From: Anthoceros angustus
Taxonomy: Eukaryota > Plantae > Anthocerotophyta
NCBI GenBank assembly: GCA_010909165.1
Contig: VJWM01000007.1
Location: 124,001-188,000, forward strand
DNA length: 64,000 bases
Direction of reading: 5' to 3'
The stretch's first letter is position 1. Each line of letters opens with the position of its first letter. This document shows, piece by piece, positions 1-11,399 of the stretch. The position numbers and the translations under genes were made by a program. The notes below the pieces were generated by a model. That model had not been told where the DNA came from. It ran no database searches and saw nothing but the letters and a program-made list of their open reading frames with translations.

Positions 1-2640
1 TTCGTGAGGAATTTGGCCACCGTGCTCATGATCCGTTCTAGCGACTTCCACACAGTGCGATGATCCGTTGCCACCAAGATGTACCGCTTTTGTGTGTGCC
101 TGGTCGTTGGGTATGGGTCCAGCAGTCGATGCCCACTTCTCAAAAGGCGCTAGTGCTAGTATGGGCACTAACGGCCATTGAGTTGTGGCGTCGGCTTCCG
201 ATCCGACAAGCATCACACTTCTTCACAATTGGTGTGTTTCCCCATACATGGTGGGCCACGATTACCCGACCTCAAGATTTTCTTGGTGGTGACTGCTGTT
301 GCATAATGTCCACCACCTAGTCCTTCGTGCATCCCTTTATTACCACCTCCGTCTCACTTTGTTGGGTACCTTCGTTCCATGTCGGCCCCTTAAAGATGCA
401 ACCGTTATACAGAAAGGCGGCGTAGTGCACAAAACTGCCACTGGACCGGTTCGATTCGTTTGGTAGCTCCATCTCCCATAGACCGTTCCAACTCATAAGA
501 GGGCCGCGTCCTCCTTCTCACTTGGTCCATCCCCGGCTTGGTTTGTCGTGTGCTCCTCTTCCTCCTCTATCGCGCCACCAATTCCTCATCCAGGAAGGCG
601 TCCTCTTGATCCTGCGGGGGAGGCTCCGTCTTTTTGGACAAGAAGTCGGCGTTTTGGTGTTGCTTCCTTGCCTAGTCTCCACCTCAAATGTGAACTCCAC
701 AGCAGAATCCACCTCGCAATCCGTCCAGGACAAGTCGCCTTGTTCACCAAAGTGCTTGGCGCAGTGATCAACATAAAACCAAACTCATTGGGCGGAAGGT
801 AGTGCAATTTCTTAGCGTATACCATTCCCAATGCCTCTCGCTCCGTAGTAGTGTACCTCGTTCGCGTCGTGAGCTGTCTTCCAGCGTAGTAGATTGGGTG
901 ATCCCTCGTTTATCATCTTTTGGTGAGCACTACTCGATGGCGGGCGGCACATCCACGTACACATGGAATCGCTTCCCCGGTCCGGTCCTTTTAGTCTGGG
1001 GCCGACAGTGGTGCAGGTCTCGAATGCCGCCTCCTCTCGTCCGGGTCCATTCCTCCTCCTTCTGAGTAGCTCTGTTAGCACAGGCCCTCTTTGCAAAATC
1101 TTGGATGAAGCGCCTATAGTAACCCACCATGCCGGAATCCCGTAACTCCTTCAAGTTCGTTGGTGGGTGAGGATGACTTTCACCTTGTCTTGGTCCACCT
1201 CTATCCCTCTTGCCGACTCGGTGCCCCAACAAGATTCCCTCTGTCATGCAGTAGCATTCTCGGGATGCGAGCCGATTGAGTCTCCTACATCGTTCCAAAC
1301 ACTTCCATAATGTCCACGTGTTTGTCCTCCTCTCGTGCACACAGTCGTCAAGAACACCTCCATGAAGTCCCTCGGAAATTCCGGAAGACATTGGTCACCA
1401 TCCGCATAAATGATCCGGGTGCTCCATCCGAAGGCACTCCGTTTGTAGGCAAGCGTCCCCACTCCGTGGTGAATGTTGTCTTATCGGTCAGACTCCCTTA
1501 GGTGCAGCGGTTGTAGGAGTGGCCGTCAAGAAGGAGTAGGTACTCGATCCGCCACCTTGTCCGATATGTCCACAAAGGGCATGGGAAATGGTCCTTTTGT
1601 GGCGGCGTTAAGCTTTCTCGATCTGAGACCCGAATCACTGCTGCTTCTTGGCCACGACACAATGGCGCCACCCACTCCTTTATTCACGATTGGGAAGATG
1701 ATGTCGCTTCCGGATACTTATCCGGGACTTCCTTGACCTTGGCGAGTGCTTGGGATTGATTTATCTTGAATCCGAGGCACCGCTCGGCTTCGATCTATCC
1801 GGTGTTCCTTGTTTGAATGCCTTCATGTGACCTTGAAAGCGAACACCCTGAATTCCCCAACAAGGTGTGAGGTCTTGTTTAACTCCTGGCATATTGCGAA
1901 TTTTAGGAATTTCCTGGCGAACCTCCACGTCTTCCACATCGTCGATTGGTCTCTCTTTCCTCGCCCTTCTCGCTGCCATCATCCTCTACCCGCGGTTCAT
2001 CTTCACGCATTCCCCATTCTCGGAAGAGTTAAATCGAGGTGCGGTTACTTCTTGAGGTCCTCCTCATCGGAGGGTTCGCCTTTGTTGTCCTCATGACTTC
2101 CACTTGGAAGCGGTGATCACCTCTCCTCCAAAGGTGTCCCTTGATAGTCCATTTTCTTCTTGGACCACGAGATTTTGGGAAAGGGTAGTCCTCATTCGTA
2201 TCCTCGCGTTCATCGTCCCCACTTGTCTTTGAGGTGTACCCTCTGTGGTCTTGTGGTTTCACCACGATGTGTCCTTACTCAGTGTAATCGCTACCGTCCT
2301 TCCCTCACCTTGGATCCCGGTCCACGGCTTGAAGTGTATTTCCTTCCGTCAAGTGTAGTTTTGTCGGCGAGGCCCGGAGCGCTGGACCTCGTACCCAGTC
2401 GGGTCGATGTGACGAAATCTAATGTATAGGGGCTCCGCTATGGTGGCTTGGACTCGGACAACTCCCTGCTGGCGCTCGCCGCGACATGTCCGCCATCACG
2501 AGGGTTTTGGTGGATGGCTCGAAGGTGGTGAACCCGGCCGTCTTGCGGTGGCCTCGGTGATGAGGTTCCTCGACCCGTGTCGAGGCGTTTTAATTACACA
2601 CCGCAATTTCCACTGCACCTGGCGAGTCGTATGAGATACT
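1..2640 (-). pseudogene. pol: gypsy pol (protease, RT, RNase H, integrase), frameshifted
   Basis: Protease LDTGS-like near 2570-2600; RT 'RKLNAATK.DHFPMPFVD' near 1560-1620; 'VGYYRRFIQDFAK' in ORF 930..1391; RNase H 'KKLHYLPPNEF' in ORF 586..831; integrase zinc-finger region below 500. Confidence 0.9.
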
Positions 2641-2869
2641 ACCCTTACCTCACGTTCTTGCCCTTAGGGCCAAGGAGTTCCGGCGTGGTTGCGTTTCCAC
2701 TGATGGCCTTAGGACTTCAGCCGATACTTGTTGTCTTTTAACAAGCGCCTAAGGGACACCAAGTGTTGTTGGTCCATCATCAAGTCGGCCACCTTGAAAG
2801 GGCGGGTGGTTCTCTGCGTCGCGTCCTTGACTCCTCCGGCGTTTGCCACGCCACGGTGGTGGGGACCAC

Positions 2870-4430
2870 TCAGGTCTGTCGGAGTTCTTCTTGAAGCATC
2901 TCGGTCACTTCTCGGACCACATCCGGTGGAAGCTGCGGGCGTTGCCGTGGGTGAGTCCGCTTCTCAGACTCCGGTGGCTTTTGGTTGGTCTTCTTCTGGC
3001 GGCTGCCGGTTAACTTCGTCCTCTTTGGCGGGTTCGGCTTCCTTCCTTGGTGTTCCGTCCTCCGTATCCGTGGGACTATCCCATTTTCTTCCTCTTGCGT
3101 CTCCTTTCCTTCGCTCCTTTCGGCGACTCGGGTTGACACTTCCGGTACCTCCAGTCCGCCTTCTTCTCCTTGGCGAACTTGCCCGTACCACCCAAGCTCC
3201 TCGGTGCCTCCTCCCACTCCGTTGTCGTCTTCAATGCAGGCGCGCCTTAGGGAGGGCGTGGGTGGTCTTGGCTCCCCGGGGTGGCGTGGCGCACCGTCCT
3301 GGCGAGGATTCGGACACAGTCTTGCCGCATGTGCCTCGCTTACAATCTCCACCACAGGTTCAAAGTCCCGTTGCCTTGCGGTGGGGTATGGGCCGTTGGA
3401 GTAGTGCGGGGTTCCCAGTTCCAGACCACCCCGAGAATTCACGGGGGCTCCCATGCGGTCTTGCATCGGAGGTCGATGCAGACGGACCAGCTGCTGGGGT
3501 ACATCGTCACAGGATACTGGTCCGGTTGTGCTTCTTGCACTTGGCGCATCCTCCCATTCCTCGGACTCTTCCCGTAGTCATACTCACAGTTCACGGGTGC
3601 GGAGGCGGTTGGCCTTGAATGCCCATGTTGGTGACACACCACAAATGAGTCACGGTGGTGGCCACCTTCGCGTTCTTTATCCTTCACGGTTGATCGTCAA
3701 CTCCTCCACCCTCTTCATTACCGTTCTAGATCTTCCCTCGGCCCGCTACTTCCTTCAAAGGGAGGTGGGGTGGACCTCTGTGCGGTGCGGGCATCATGAC
3801 CTCCTTCTTTTCCACCCTCACGACTCGGGCTTCTTCTTCTTTATTTTTCGGCGGGGTTCTTCTTCTTCCAGGACCTCCTCGGATTCTTCTTCGGAGTCCT
3901 CTTCCTCTTCCTCCGACGCTGCCTCGGTCTCATCATCCTCCTCGTCCGAGGGTTCTTCATCTTCGGAGTCCGACCCCCGTTTCTTCTTTTTCTTCTTTCC
4001 TCCTGGAGGAGTCCTCGGCCGTCGTTGGTGCATCGATTCTTCATAGTTCTCCGCCGCCCGGACCGCCTTGCTCACATCTTTCTCTGCCAACAGCAGCACG
4101 TGCTTAGCCATTGGCTTGGATAAGCCGGCGAACCAGCACCTTTGCATGGTAGTGTGGTGGGGTGCGGTCCGGTAGGGCAGATTCGATGTCGATCCCAACT
4201 TCTCCGTCTTTCCTCGCTTGAGTTCTCGAGTTTGGACAAGGCGTAGCCTTCTTGATCGATTCGCGGAATCTTTCTAAAGGCATCCTTCAATCTTGAAGGT
4301 TGCGGGGGAGCGTTACAGTGGTCGGTATTTCCTCCGATACCGAGCCGTCCCGAGACCCTTGGAGCAATTTGAATGAGTGCGCATCGAACCTTCTCCGTTG
4401 AAGTTTGCGCGACGAAATCCTCCACGAAGG
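2870..4430 (-). pseudogene. gag: gypsy gag (capsid-like region, acidic/basic linker, degenerate Zn knuckle), frameshifted
   Basis: ORFs 4072..4425, 3818..4198, 3439..3687 and 2870..3466 lie between the PBS and protease; E/K-rich linker. Confidence 0.7.
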
Positions 4431-4700
4431 TTTGGCGTCCCTCTCCTTCTTACCTCAAGAGAGAATCGCTTGCTTGGTGCGTTGTTGCCATCGCCGATGT
4501 AGGATGAGGAACCGCCCCCACCGCGACTTGGTCTGCGTCCTCCTCTCGATCCAAACAACTCCACCACTGTGGTGTCCTCGCCTCGAGCTCGTCGTCTCTC
4601 ACGCGCTGCTCGGGCGCTCGGCGATCTGGCGTCCGACTCTCTCGATTCGTCCTTAACTACCTCCGTCCTCCACGCATCCACGCTTGCGGGCGATTTCATT

Positions 4701-4713
4701 CCCGACAGCGCCA
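4701..4713 (-). promoter_or_regulatory. Primer-binding site of the gypsy element
   Basis: Reverse complement TGGCGCTGTCGGG, 3 nt from the LTR CA end; resembles the TGGCGCCGTTGCC PBS of Athila/Tat elements. Confidence 0.7.
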
Positions 4714-4716
4714 AAA

Positions 4717-5312
4717 TGTGGCGACTTTTCGGCGGCCAGCGGGCGCGCACAATCCGTGTCGTTGTAGGAAGAGTTCGTTCCCAAGGAATAGCGGCTCCGT
4801 TTGCGGCGTTTGGCGATTCGTCTTACTTTCGTCTCGGTCCTACGCACACACTTAGTTCACGTCTAACTACTCGCGACAAACACCACGGGCGGTATGGCCA
4901 AGCGTTTAAGACCCGTTCGCGTCCGTTTCGTTCACGTTCGTCTCTCACACCTCTCGTCCTCCTCTCTCCACTCACTATCGGTCTTAAAAGGCCGGGTTAC
5001 GTCAGGACCTCCTCGTCGTTCACGGGCCTCTCCGTCCGCGGCGCCTCCGAGTCCCTCCCTCACACGTTCCGGTCCGTTCGGTGACGGGCGCGGCTCAGGC
5101 GAGCAGGTCCCCGATCACCCTTCCACACACCACAACACGTTAGGTCCGTCACGGGACCTGATCAATCCCTCCGGGTCGTGCACCTTTCGTGACTCGGGAC
5201 TCACGTTAGCAAGAAGACACACAAAGGTGCAGAGCAGGCATCAACACCAAGGAAAGATGATTTATTCAGGCAGTGACCCTCTTATACTACGCCGGTCGGC
5301 GTCTTTATTACA
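4717..5312 (-). repeat. LTR (about 595 bp, TG...CA)
   Basis: Minus strand starts TGTAATAAAG after a purine tract (AATAGGGGG, 5313-5321) and ends GTCGCCACA before the PBS. Confidence 0.7.
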
Positions 5313-5899
5313 CCCCCTATTACGGTGACGGCCCGGCTCGGTATGCCCTAATCGGCCGCCTACCATCCTATTTCCCTCCCCTATCTCCTTCCGGTGGGGC
5401 AGGAAGGTCCGGGTTCCGCCTTGGGATTGGTGGTCCAATCTCCGGCAATTGCGCGCAATCGGATGATCCGAGACCCTCCTTTCTCCGGAATCACAGCCGG
5501 GTTGGGCTCACCGTGCGGCCGGGTTACCACAACGTCATCCTCCCCTGGCCTTCCCGTGGGTCCCCCTCCGGTGGGGCCACCGGCTGTCAGCTCCCCTAGC
5601 GTAAGTCGAAGGGGACTCCTCCTTACTGCCGGAGTCCGGACCTCGAGGTCCGGTCTCGACTCCGGAGCCTGAACTCCAAGGGTCCGGTTTATTTCCCGAG
5701 TCCGACCGGCTGGGTCCGGCCTCGTCTCCGGGGTTCGGACCTCAGGGTCCGTACTTATTACCGGGGTCCGATCTCCAAACTCCGGACCCCCTTCCTGTGG
5801 ACCTCGTACTGCTAGGTCCTCCTCCTTACCCCCCGACCCTTGTCTTGGTCTGGGTTGGCTCCCCGTTGCACCTGCAGTCACCCCCCTTCCGGATCGGGT

Positions 5900-6975
5900 G
5901 GTGGTGAACTTACCTTAGGTCCGCTGCGTCCCACTCCTCTTGGGGCTCCTCTCCTTGTGCCGTCGTCTCCAAGCAGGGCCCCTAGGGTCCCCCTGTCTCC
6001 CGTGCCCTTCTTCCCCCCTCAAGGCCTTCCGGGTCCCCAGTGAGGCCTCTCACTTGAGCTCGGTGTGGTAATAGGCAAAGTCCGAATCCACTTGTTGGAT
6101 TGCCTCTTCCACGTGTGGAGCACGTCTCCTTCGCCATAGGTGCTCGGGGAGGCACTTGCCCTTGTTGCTCCACCTCCCGAGTTTGATATGGGCCGGGCTG
6201 CTTGAGGCCAGTGCCTCGGTCACCTCCAGATTGTTGCTCCACTTGCTCCAACTCCTCCTTCCGTTCGGCCCGCTTGCCCGCCATAGCAGCGTTCCCTTCC
6301 GACTTCCTCGGTGGACCGCGGCTTCTTATGCCTTCCGCGCCCTCGCCTCTTGTCCATTACATTAACTCCGCCATCTCGCTCCAGACGGTCAACCTGCCGG
6401 GCTGCGGCTTCACCAGGCCCTTTCTCCATCTCGGCGTCCACGCTCCTGTTCCATCGCCTTCGTCCGTCCCAGCAGGCCGGAGCCGCTCTATTTCCCGGTC
6501 GCGTTCCGCGACCATGTCCTGCAGACTACCATTCCTCTCAATGATAGTTTGGAGCTGCAGCTCCAAAGTCTCCTTGCGGTCCTCCATCTCCTGCCGCTGC
6601 TGCTCCACCTCCCGGAGCTGAGTCCGGAGATCCTCCATCTCCTTGTCGCGAACTTCTTGGGCTGGTGGTCGCGCTTGCTCCGCCACCTCCTGCTCCATCT
6701 TGAGCGGGCGGGCGCTATCTCCGAAGTCTGGATTCTCCCATTGAGAATTCCTTGCTTGCTCAAGCGTCTTGGAGTTGTAACTCCAAGGTGTCCTTCTTGT
6801 CCTCCTCCACTCCTGCCTCCCTTCTACCTCCTGCCAGGCTGCGCACAGGGTCCCGATTTCCCGGTCTTGGCCTCCAGTGTTGCAGCTCGTCAGAGCTTGC
6901 TCCACTTGCTCCACTTGCTTTCGGCCTTGGTTAGCGTGGCTCTCTCGGCCGCCTCCCTCCACCGGTTCCGATCAC
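5900..6975 (-). pseudogene. Retroelement accessory coiled-coil ORF, C-terminal part (split by element A)
   Basis: ORF 6357..6962 is a coiled coil (EMEDLRTQLREVEQQRQEMEDRKETLELQLQ); its frame can be joined to the minus-strand ORF ending at about 19042. Confidence 0.55.
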
Positions 6976-7014
6976 GCCGATAGTGATCAACAAGGTCTCC
7001 TAAGAGTGGGAGAC
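6976..7014 (+). repeat. Left terminal inverted repeat of element A
   Basis: GCCGATAGTGATCAACAAGGTCTCCTAAGAGTGGGAGAC matches the reverse complement of 19003-19041, with a 21-bp perfect core GATCAACAAGGTCTCCTAAGA. Confidence 0.75.
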
Positions 7015-7559
7015 GGCTCCTCGTCTCTGGTTTTGAGGGGGTGAAATTTGGGACCTGGAAACAAAAAAGCTTGAAATTCATAATTTGCAGAATTTTTAAA
7101 AAAAATTGCATGATAAAGATGTGACTTTAAGAATGAAACCATGCATTTCAATGGTTTTAAGGTAATAAGACCTTCACATGGTCTACACTCCTCCAAGTTC
7201 TCATGAATTTCTGCCAATTCTTTAAGACAGATACATGCAATTTATAGGCCGCACAAAATGGATATTAAAAAAAGGTCCACAAAATGAGTTTAAGGGTCCG
7301 TAGACTGACCAGAAAAAAAGAGCGACGCACATTGTACTGTACTTGTATGACCCCGGACATCCGGTGAATGTGCGAATGGTATGAATCCATTTTAGCTGGT
7401 GCAGGCCCGAGGTTGCACTACCCTGGAAATTGGATGAAATCTCCGAACTTCATACCGGCTGGCCTTTCGGACACACACCGTGCGGCAATCTATTTACAAT
7501 TGCGGGTTCAATGCGGTCGTACCACATCGTGACATCGTCCTTTACATGCATATGATGAA

Positions 7560-10500
7560 TGCATTCATCATGTCGCGACTAATCACCGTGGCGAGGCTTT
7601 CCACCATGAGACCCGTGTGGTAGTGTTGGACCAATTTCTTATAGCAATGCATTTCGCTATTCGTTGGTACGGTAAGCGCCCGCCATGGTCGATATCGATT
7701 TGCAATTCGATAAGGTCTCGGCCATGACACTTCACGCACATGGACGGCTCGAATCGGTGCCTCACCGCCTTCCCTCGCCTCGATCTCGCGGGGGCCAACT
7801 CATGCACCAATCGTCGGCCGTGGCCGTGTTCGAGACCAATTTCTTATAGCAATGCATTTCGCTATTCGTTGATAAGCGCCCGCCATGGTCGATATCGATT
7901 TGCAATTAAGGTCTCGGCCATGACACTTCACGCACATGGGAAGCTCGAATCGGGTGCCACGGCCTTCCCTCGCCTCTCGCAGGGGCCAACTCATGCACCA
8001 CTCGGCCCGTGGTGACAGGAAATGGCGATTGGCGGCGTGGCGTAGTTCGTCAATCCCCTTTTCACGGTGTTCGATTGAAGGATATGCATGAGGATGCTCA
8101 TTGATGCAATGTTGTTGAGGGACCATGTTTCTCCCTTGCAGCGATCGTGAACAAAAATGGTTCAAGCGAGCTTGGATCAAGCTGGACACAATGGACACCG
8201 ACAATGACCTTTATCACCGGCTGTCCGGTGTTGTGCAAGACGCTATGCACGCCATAAGTTGTCTCAAAGCTTTGGAGTCCAACACAAAAAGCAACGTTAA
8301 CCCAACTGGTAGATCTGCCAGTTTCCCCTCTCTCCCAATCCCAGTTCGGATGCTACAAGTTTGTTTTGGGTCGCGAAGTTGTCTGGAGAGTCAATCGGGC
8401 CATCATACTTCTCGGTGTCTCAAGGATGGACCTCGATCCATCGGCCCCAATGTTGCGGCAAAAGCCTCTTCTGCAGCCATCTCGCCAATGTCTGCGTCTT
8501 TCTCACTAACCTCACGCGCCCGGCGGATGTCCTACAACACCGTCGAAAGTGGATCGACACGCCTCCAATTGTGCATCGCGTCTTCTTGTCGCATGCGCGG
8601 ACCAGCGACCTGCCACCTGCGGCGGTGTTCACCATGGGCTCTTCTGCGTCTTGGGTCGCGCCAAAATCAAGCCTCCTCCTCCTCGCAGCGGTTGTCCATC
8701 GTATTGAGCGCCTGAATTGCCTGGGATCTCGTCTATCGAAATGACATTGCGGCGGACTTGAGGCTGCTACCATACCATACCAGAGCAGCACCATCTAGGA
8801 TCCACTCGCCTTCCATTGTGCAGCTCAATCAACTTCCTCAACAATCTAATGGGCTTCGGTAGGAAACCACCCTATCATCTGCGTGTTGTAACATAGCTTA
8901 TGTTCCTGACCTTCTCGGTAAAGCAAGTTGTCAACCCTCTGTAGTCATTCATAACATCGGTGATGCCGAGGGAGAAATCTTGAGGCAATCACGCTTTAAG
9001 GGCGCGTGGTGATGTAATCACCATCATCTGACTTATCTGGAGGTGCCGTCACATTAGTTTTGTGCGAGCGGGGCGTGACACCACCTTTACATCGCAAGCA
9101 AAACTTCACGAACCATGGACATATCATCGGTGAATGGAATACCACGACTCGAAAAACCTCGGGGTTGTGATGCCACGGAATGTCATTATGATCTTCTCAA
9201 ATTCGACGAGTGAACGCGTGTCATACTCCCTAGAGTTCGCATCCAAATTCAACCCGGGCAAGTCCAAGAATCATGGCAAGCGGACGGGGTTCTAGAGCCC
9301 TGTCTGCGATGTTGCCACATACTATACCTACCTGCAGTTCTCCGTCATCCACGAAAGTCTAACTTTTGATGCGGAGGCCTCCAACAATTGTCGCTCATCC
9401 GCCATTATCCTCCAAGCTTTGGCTTTCAAAACATGTTCCTTGAAATTGTCGAGTGCACTCCACTCGAGGCAGGCATTGGCCAGCGCATATGGCAAAGTTC
9501 CAATCGGACGTGGAAACAAACCATGCGCAAACAAGCATATTTCGTTTAGTACATATCACATGCCGGGTGGCGGTGCTTGCTCCATGTCACTTACCATATT
9601 TTTGAATGCCGGTTGAAAGTTCGATCTGCTCCACCGTCTTTGTATTGAGGGTATCGATCCCTAACACCTGGAAAGTCTCACAATTGAGTTCTTCGCAAGG
9701 GTGATGTGAATGAGGTTCAATTTTTGGCCTTCTCCACCCACTCTTGCATTTGCTTCAAGCTCATTTCTCCAGCCAAAACCTTCATGCATCGTCTTCAAAT
9801 TGTTGTTGCTGTGAGTGCTCGATACCACGAAAACACTTCCACACTCACGGGAACATCCGATTCCTTCACATCGATGACCACAAGATCTCTCAGCAGATTT
9901 CCTCGACTTGTAGTCTTTGTTTATTTGCTAGTGCTCGGGCATCTGCTCGCTCGGTAGTTGCCCATTCCCACTTCTCGAAAATCTCGTCCACATACCTCCA
10001 CACTTCGTCAACTTTTGCCACACAATAATCCAGTGTCCTATTGTCCACGGTGGTGATCACTGCCTTGGGGCCATGCTTGGCTGCATCCCACTTGGGGATC
10101 CTGCCTAATCGTGCATACACATCTAGCTTCCAATCCACGTCACACTTCAAACCCTTGACCTCAAGAGGCGACAACTCACTTCGATGTAACGCACGGTCCA
10201 TGAAGGTAAATGTCTTCTGGCGTGCTATGGTGTTGTGGTCCGTGGCTACGATCCTCATCTCGTCCTCGGTGAGTCCGGCACATATGCATCCATCCACTTG
10301 TACTCTTCCACCGGTGGAGTACGGATGAGACGGGGGACCTTGCACGGAAGGAATGGTTTCCCCTAAGGCGAAAAAATGTAATCCCCCATCCACCTTAAAG
10401 CGTGAAATTCTCTTGTAGCACATTGTGACGGATCCACAACCACAACCATGGGCAACACACCACCACCGGGGACAATGCTTCATCTTTTGCATCAAAGCCT

Positions 10501-11200
10501 CTACCCATGCGAGATCCAACTTCCTCACCTGACACAATTCCTCGAAGTGCAACACTTGATTGGCAGCTTCAGAGTAGACTCCCACACTCTCTTCATTGCT
10601 ATACCGTCCCTTTCCACGTCTCGGCTTGCATCTGCTTTGATGGCGCAAGCACATCGTCTGTAGCCACCGCTATCCTTGGCAATCTCCACAAACCTGGGAA
10701 GCGGTTCATCCTCCTCCTCCGACTCTTCGCTCCCAATTGCAATTGCAGGCTTCTCCCGTTTTGCCCTTGCCTTCTTGGCTTTGCCACTACCGCGGGCCTG
10801 CGCCTTCTCATCGATTGGTTTGCCATCTCCAGCTCCTCCCCTCTGTCGCCCCTTTGATGCATTCCCCACGGGCGGCGACTCTGCTTGCACCCTCCTGCGA
10901 TCCAGGACAAGCCACGAAGGCGCGAGCAATCATGCGATGGGGCGGGACCTCGAGGTCATGCTCACGCCGTCATTAGCCTCGCAGTCTCCTTCCAGGGTGA
11001 GCCATCTTCACCGTCTTGATCATCTTCGTCCTCCTCGGCGGGTAGGGCATCATAGTCCTCTGTGTCCTCACCGTCGTTCTCCATATCCTCGTCATACCCG
11101 GTCAAGCTAGCTTCCTTCTGCAGCCTTGAAGAATCACTAAGTCTGTTGGCAGTCAAAACCCGGGACGTCCGGTGCACACCGGACGCATTGGCTCGGACGA
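7560..11200 (-). pseudogene. ParB-like domain + two tandem beta-class N4C/N6A DNA methyltransferase domains (frameshifted as sequenced)
   Basis: ParB-like: QVRKLDLAWVEAL...GVLPMVVVVDP...FALG(G)NHSFRA (10351-10366)...EMRIVATDHN. MTase-1: DLP.GLN (9247-9264), HKTN, KPIRLLRKLIELH.MEGEWILDG..SG, RRNVISIDE (8720-8860). MTase-2: LADLPVGL (8297-8320), REK.IDEL...F.SP..EWVHEL, C...GRDL..IDID (7640-8050). Confidence 0.75.
7630..8010. repeat. Tandem duplication (about 200 bp) of the MTase-2 C-terminal coding segment
   Basis: 7630-7810 and 7838-8005 share CCAATTTCTTATAGCAATGCATTTCGCTATTCGTT...GCCAACTCATGCACCA. Confidence 0.9.
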
Positions 11201-11399
11201 GCCGGCGCCGATCTTTCTTGGATCATTTGCAATTGGTTGTATTGCAGACCTCTGAACGGATGCAGTGCTAGGATGTTTCCCCACCATGGCATTGCAGGGA
11301 TGCTTCCCTCGGATACCTGCTCGGTTGCATCCCAGCTGAGAAGCTGCTGGGTTGCTTTCCTGCAGATGCCCTTGTGAAATGATTCCCGCCATCTTGAAG

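Larger units (their letters stand above)
1..5312 (-). mobile_element. Ty3/gypsy LTR retrotransposon (Tat/Athila-like), 3' part outside the window
   Basis: Minus-strand order gag - protease - RT - RNase H - integrase; PBS-like TGGCGCTGTCGGG next to an LTR ending in ...GTCGCCACA at 4717. Confidence 0.9.

Noticed and set aside
2728-4046. Long + strand ORFs (296 aa, 197 aa)
   Set aside because: Antisense shadows of the low-complexity gypsy gag on the minus strand
8125-8715. 196-aa + strand ORF as a separate gene
   Set aside because: Antisense to the MTase linker and MTase-2 region; the conserved motifs are on the minus strand
7560-11200. Bacterial or phage contamination explaining the ParB-MTase genes
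   Set aside because: The genes sit inside a TIR element nested in plant-type retroelements and are linked to a transposase with apparent spliceosomal introns; there is no operon-like density or bacterial neighbour
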